Shown piece after piece: positions 34,111-38,422 of a DNA stretch of 38,422 bases. Source of the stretch: Octopus sinensis. Lineage: Eukaryota. The first letter of the stretch is position 1. Every line of letters begins with the position of its first letter. The DNA is taken from NCBI RefSeq assembly GCF_006345805.1, contig NW_021831894.1, positions 1 through 38,422 of the forward strand, written 5' to 3'. Made by a program: the position numbers and the translations under genes. The notes below the pieces were generated by a model that saw nothing but the letters and a program-made list of their open reading frames with translations, was not told the DNA's origin and made no database searches.

Positions 34111-34481
34111 TCTAAGAGCGATAGAACTTGAAAGCTGAAGAACTAAAAATGCCATACAATAAATACTTCCAGACAGACTCTACTGCTCTACCAATTCTGC
34201 CGCATCGTCACCATCTTCTCCCCTTAACAAATATTACAAATATTAAGAAGTGATTATACTCTTTGCTTTATTAGTTCAGCAGTCCCTTTGGGATCCCATT
34301 GAAAATACCGCGTGTTTATTTTCTTTTGTAGTTGCTTTCCCTTCTTTATTTGATTCAGACTCCCTTTCTCCACCCAACTTTGGCACGTCGTCAATATTGG
34401 TAAAGCTGCTTTAAGCAGATTAGCTAAAATGGCCTTTACCCCCTACACACACCCTCTCTCCCATCACTATTATCATAAACA

Positions 34482-34606
34482 TTTCTTCTTCTTCTTCTTC
34501 TTCTTCTTCTTCTTCTTCTTCTTCTTCTTCTTCTTCTTCTTCTTCTTCTTCTTCTTCTTCTTCTTCTTCTTCTTCTTCTTCTTCTTCTTCTTCTTCTTCT
34601 TCTTCT
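34482..34606. repeat. (TTC)n microsatellite
   Basis: Direct reading. Confidence 0.97.
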
Positions 34607-34763
34607 TTGTCTTCGTTTTCTTCTTTCTCAACGATGTCCCATTTTAATTTTTCTTATTCATATTTTCCTGTCTGAAATGCAATTTCCATCTTCGGTCTTC
34701 GTTCTTGTTCTGTTCCTCGCATCCTTCAATATTTCTGCTCTATTTCTTTTTCTATATATGCCA

Positions 34764-35091
<328 letters not shown>

Positions 35092-35727
35092 CCATATGAA
35101 TGCACATAGTTGTGCATATATTTATGTTTTTGTATATACCTGCATGTATATCTGTGTATCTATATGTGTGATTTGTGCATGTTACTCGTCTCTCTCTTTT
35201 TCTACACACATACACACACACACTCGTATGTGTTTGTGTGCATATACATAATATTATATAATATACATATGAATGTATATGTGTGTATGCATATAAATAT
35301 ATGTGGCAATGACTACAGAGAGAGAGGGGGGAGAGGAAGGTAAAGACTAAGTGGATAAAAAGAGTGAGACTATTCCACGTACACACGTACTTAACTAATA
35401 TACATGTTAACGTTACAGTGATCTTGACCGGCAAGGCAGTAGTGGTTTGTTCTATTCAGTGATTTACTATTATTTACCACCAATTCAGGGATCTAGAGCA
35501 GAGGGCCAACCCGCCAGCCCGCCAGCCCACAAGCCCTCCAGCCCAACAGCCAACCCGCCATGAGACTGCTTCTGTTTTATTACCTTCCCTCCCTCCCTCT
35601 CTCCCAATCAGCAGTGATTATTTTATCATATTTTTGACTTTGAAGAGGATTAACTGGCAGATTAACGACGAATTTGTCCGGCTCACAGAACTTAAGCTCT
35701 ATGACGTTTGAACCCCCATTGCCGGGG

Positions 35728-36256
35728 TCTTCCTCTTCTTCTCTTCTTCTTCTTCTTCTTCTTCTTCTCTTCTTCTTCTTCTTCTTCTCTTCTTCTTCTT
35801 CTTCTCCTTCTTCTTCTTCTTCTTCTTCTTCTTCTCCTTCTTCTTCTCCTTCTTCTTCTTCTTCTTCATCTGCTTCTCTATCTTCTTCTTCTTCTTCTTC
35901 TTCTTCTTCTTCTTCCTCCTCTTCTCCTTCTTCTTCTTCTTCTTCTTCTCCTTCTTCTCCTTCTTCTCCTTCTCCTTCTTCTTCTTCTTCTTCTTCTTCT
36001 TCTTCTCCTTCTTCATCTTCTCCTTCTTCTTCTTCTTCTTCATCTGCTTCTCCTTCTTCTTCTTCTTCTTCTTCATCTTCATCTTCTCCTTCTTCTTCTT
36101 CTTCATCTGCTTCTCCTTCTTCTTCTTCTTCTTCTTCTTCATCTGCTTCTCCATCTTCTTCTTCTTTTCCCTCTTCTTCTTCTTCTTCTTCATCTGCTTC
36201 TTCTTCTTCTTCTTCTTCTTCTTCTTCTTCTTTTCCTTCTTCTTCTTCTTCTTCAT
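35728..36256. repeat. Long interrupted (TTC)n array
   Basis: (TCT)n with recurring CCT and TCATCTGCT interruptions. Confidence 0.93.
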
Positions 36257-36473
36257 TATTTTCCCTAATTTTCTTCATTGTCTTCTTCCCCAAAACATAA
36301 ACCCCCACCCTCATCTTTATAAAGATAAAGAATGGATACATTGCATACTATGTTTTAGTTCTAGATATATATGTGGAAGGGATGGTCACTGTTGGAGCGT
36401 CCTTGCTTGATCAAGGCAAATATGGGAATAAACCACCACGGATATTAATTCCATATATTTCTTTATTATTGAT

Positions 36474-36635
36474 ATGGCTGTGTGGTGAAGAAACTCGCTT
36501 TGCAATCCAGTGCTGTCGGGTTCAATTTCACTGCGCAGCATCTAGGGCCAGTGTCTTTCACTATAGTCCTGGTCTGAACAATTCCGTTTTGAGTGAATTT
36601 GGTAGACAGAAATTACTGGAATCTCGTCGCGTATG
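36474..36635 (+). mobile_element. Family B SINE 5' part
   Basis: atggctgtgtggtgaagaa...gggttcaatttcactgcgcagc...gtgtctttcactatag...gagtgaatttggtagacagaaa. Confidence 0.8.
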
Positions 36636-37604
36636 TACACACACACACACACACACACACATATTAATGTTGGGTTTTATGTTCACTTATAATAAAAATA
36701 ATTTTTCATTAGTCTGATGGCTTACTCTTTACTTCTCAGGAGTACAAATTTATTATTCTTCAACAAGGATATTATTGACAGTAACTTCGAAGTCCGTCCG
36801 TCTGTCCGAGCATCCGTCCGTCAATCCGTTCATCTGTCCGTCAGTCTGTCCGTCCGATGTGATTTAGATATTCTCGGTATAGAAAGCACCTTGTAACGCT
36901 CAAATGATTAAAACTTAAATTCCGATGTCTTTACGAGGGACCAATTCCGCGAGGGTAAAGAAAGGCTATAAGAGGAATCAAGTTGAGCAGATATGAAGGC
37001 AATTATGCGGATGAGCAAATTGAATATAGCAGCTTGGATTTGATATACGAAATATGTATATATGTATTGTATGCAAAACGAGTCATCAGTCTTTGCTTTC
37101 TCTCGTTTTGTATGTATACCTATATATTTATTTTGTATATATGTATATATGTATGGCTGTGTTAAATAATATTCTACTCCAGCGACGTAGCAGTGAACAA
37201 ACGCGTTGAAATTGTGACAATCCCATCTTTGTTTAGACATCACATTTTGTCTTCCGTCTTCAAAAGAGAGCATTGTACAGAAACTAGAATAGAGGACTAA
37301 GATTATTGTTGCTGATGTTTGGCCCCAGGTCAGTGTCGAATTAGCAGTTCTATGATCAAATGAGGTGGCTTAGCTCTGACCATCGCATCCTTTGTTCAGA
37401 TTTGTTTTCTGTTTTCACGATGAAATTTGGAATCAAGTACAATAAAGTGGTTTATCATTGTTTGCTGGAATTGTTGATGTTGTTTAACCCCAGATTAGCA
37501 TTGTATTAGCAGACCTAAGATTAAAGTAGGCTACGCACCCATGACCGTCCCATTTGTTGGGGAGGCATAAATTTATGTCTCCTGTTTCCAAGATAGAACG
37601 TAGA

Positions 37605-38382
37605 CTGGTACTCCATCGTTTACGACAATGACGATTCTATTTGATCCGATCAACTGGACAGTCTGCCCGTGAAATTAACGTGCATCTGGCTCAGAACTCC
37701 ACAGATATGTTACATAACTTTCCACAGACATGTTACATAACTTTCCACAGACATGTTACACAACTTTCCATAGACATGTTACATAACTTTCCATAGACAT
37801 GTTACACAACTTTCCACAGACATGTTGCATAACTTTCCACAGACATGTTACACAACTTTCCACAGACATGTTGCATAACCTTCCACAGACCTATTACATA
37901 ACTTTCCACGGATATGTTACATACTTTTTCCACAGGCATGTTACATAGCTTTCCACAGATATGTTACATAACTTTCCACAGACATGTTGCGCAACTTTCC
38001 GCAGGCATGTTACACAACTTTCCACAGACCTGTTACATAACTTTCCACGGACATATTACACAACTTTCCACAGACATGTTGCATATCTTTCCACAGATAT
38101 GTTACATAACTTTCCACAGACGTGTTACACAATATTCCACAGACATGTTACATAACTTTCCACAGACCAGTTATATAACTTTCAGGAAGATTCAGCGCGA
38201 CAAGGAAAGTGATAAGACTGGCCTTTTGAAATACAGGTACAACTCATTTTTGGCACCTGAATGGATTGGAGCCACGTGAAATAGAGTGTCTTGATCAAGG
38301 ACACAACGCGCTGCCAGGTGTCGAACTTACAACCTTATAATCTTGAGCCGAATACGTTAACCACTTAGCCACGCACCTTCAC
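37605..38382 (-). mobile_element. Family C-headed SINE split by an internal minisatellite
   Basis: Head (reverse complement) gtgaaggtgcgtggctaagtggttaac...aagttcgacacc...tgtgtccttgatcaagacactc; body continues on both sides of the array (gtgaaattaacgtgc...ctccacaga | ttcagg..attcagcgcgac). Confidence 0.8.
37699..38182. repeat. 23-bp minisatellite, 21 copies (CCACAGACATGTTACATAACTTT)
   Basis: Head-to-tail units with no spacers, counted directly. Confidence 0.97.
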
Positions 38383-38422
38383 AAATATCGAAAATGTGTA
38401 AAACAAGGTAGATAGAATATTA

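Noticed and set aside
35580-36341. 253-aa poly-Glu ORF (and the overlapping poly-Ser, poly-Lys and poly-Leu ORFs)
   Set aside because: Several frames are open simply because (TTC)n lacks stop codons, and the flanking peptide has no recognisable domain
37699-38182. CRISPR-like array
   Set aside because: Units are contiguous with no unique spacers, there are no cas genes, and the context is eukaryotic; it is a minisatellite

Overview
Eukaryotic, AT-rich, repeat-saturated DNA with no supportable host protein-coding exon, so most likely intronic or intergenic. From memory, the SINE heads and tails and the extreme microsatellite load resemble octopus (coleoid cephalopod) DNA; this is an inference and needs BLAST to confirm. 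Mobile-element content: a CR1-type LINE 3' end with an (ATT)n tail, an internally deleted Helitron, Tx1/L1-type LINE pieces, four R4/Dong-type restriction-like-endonuclease (RLE) retrotransposon fragments around (TAA)n tracts, a TIR-bounded mariner remnant, and about 30 copies of three tRNA-headed SINE families (my labels A, B and C). There are also many micro- and minisatellites, and nearly all long ORFs in the track are microsatellite artefacts. Most interesting observations: (1) a loopless 123-bp palindrome (18381-18503) containing a nearly canonical type I hammerhead ribozyme fold, plus several unrelated decayed hammerhead-like relics, probably from Penelope-like elements; (2) family A SINEs multimerised at the same internal junction at two separate loci; (3) a 21 x 23-bp minisatellite that arose inside a SINE and forms an array of PAR-bZIP/NFIL3 D-box and p53-like motifs; (4) a tail-to-tail pair of Dong-type elements sharing one microsatellite. 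All alignments and folds were read by eye.
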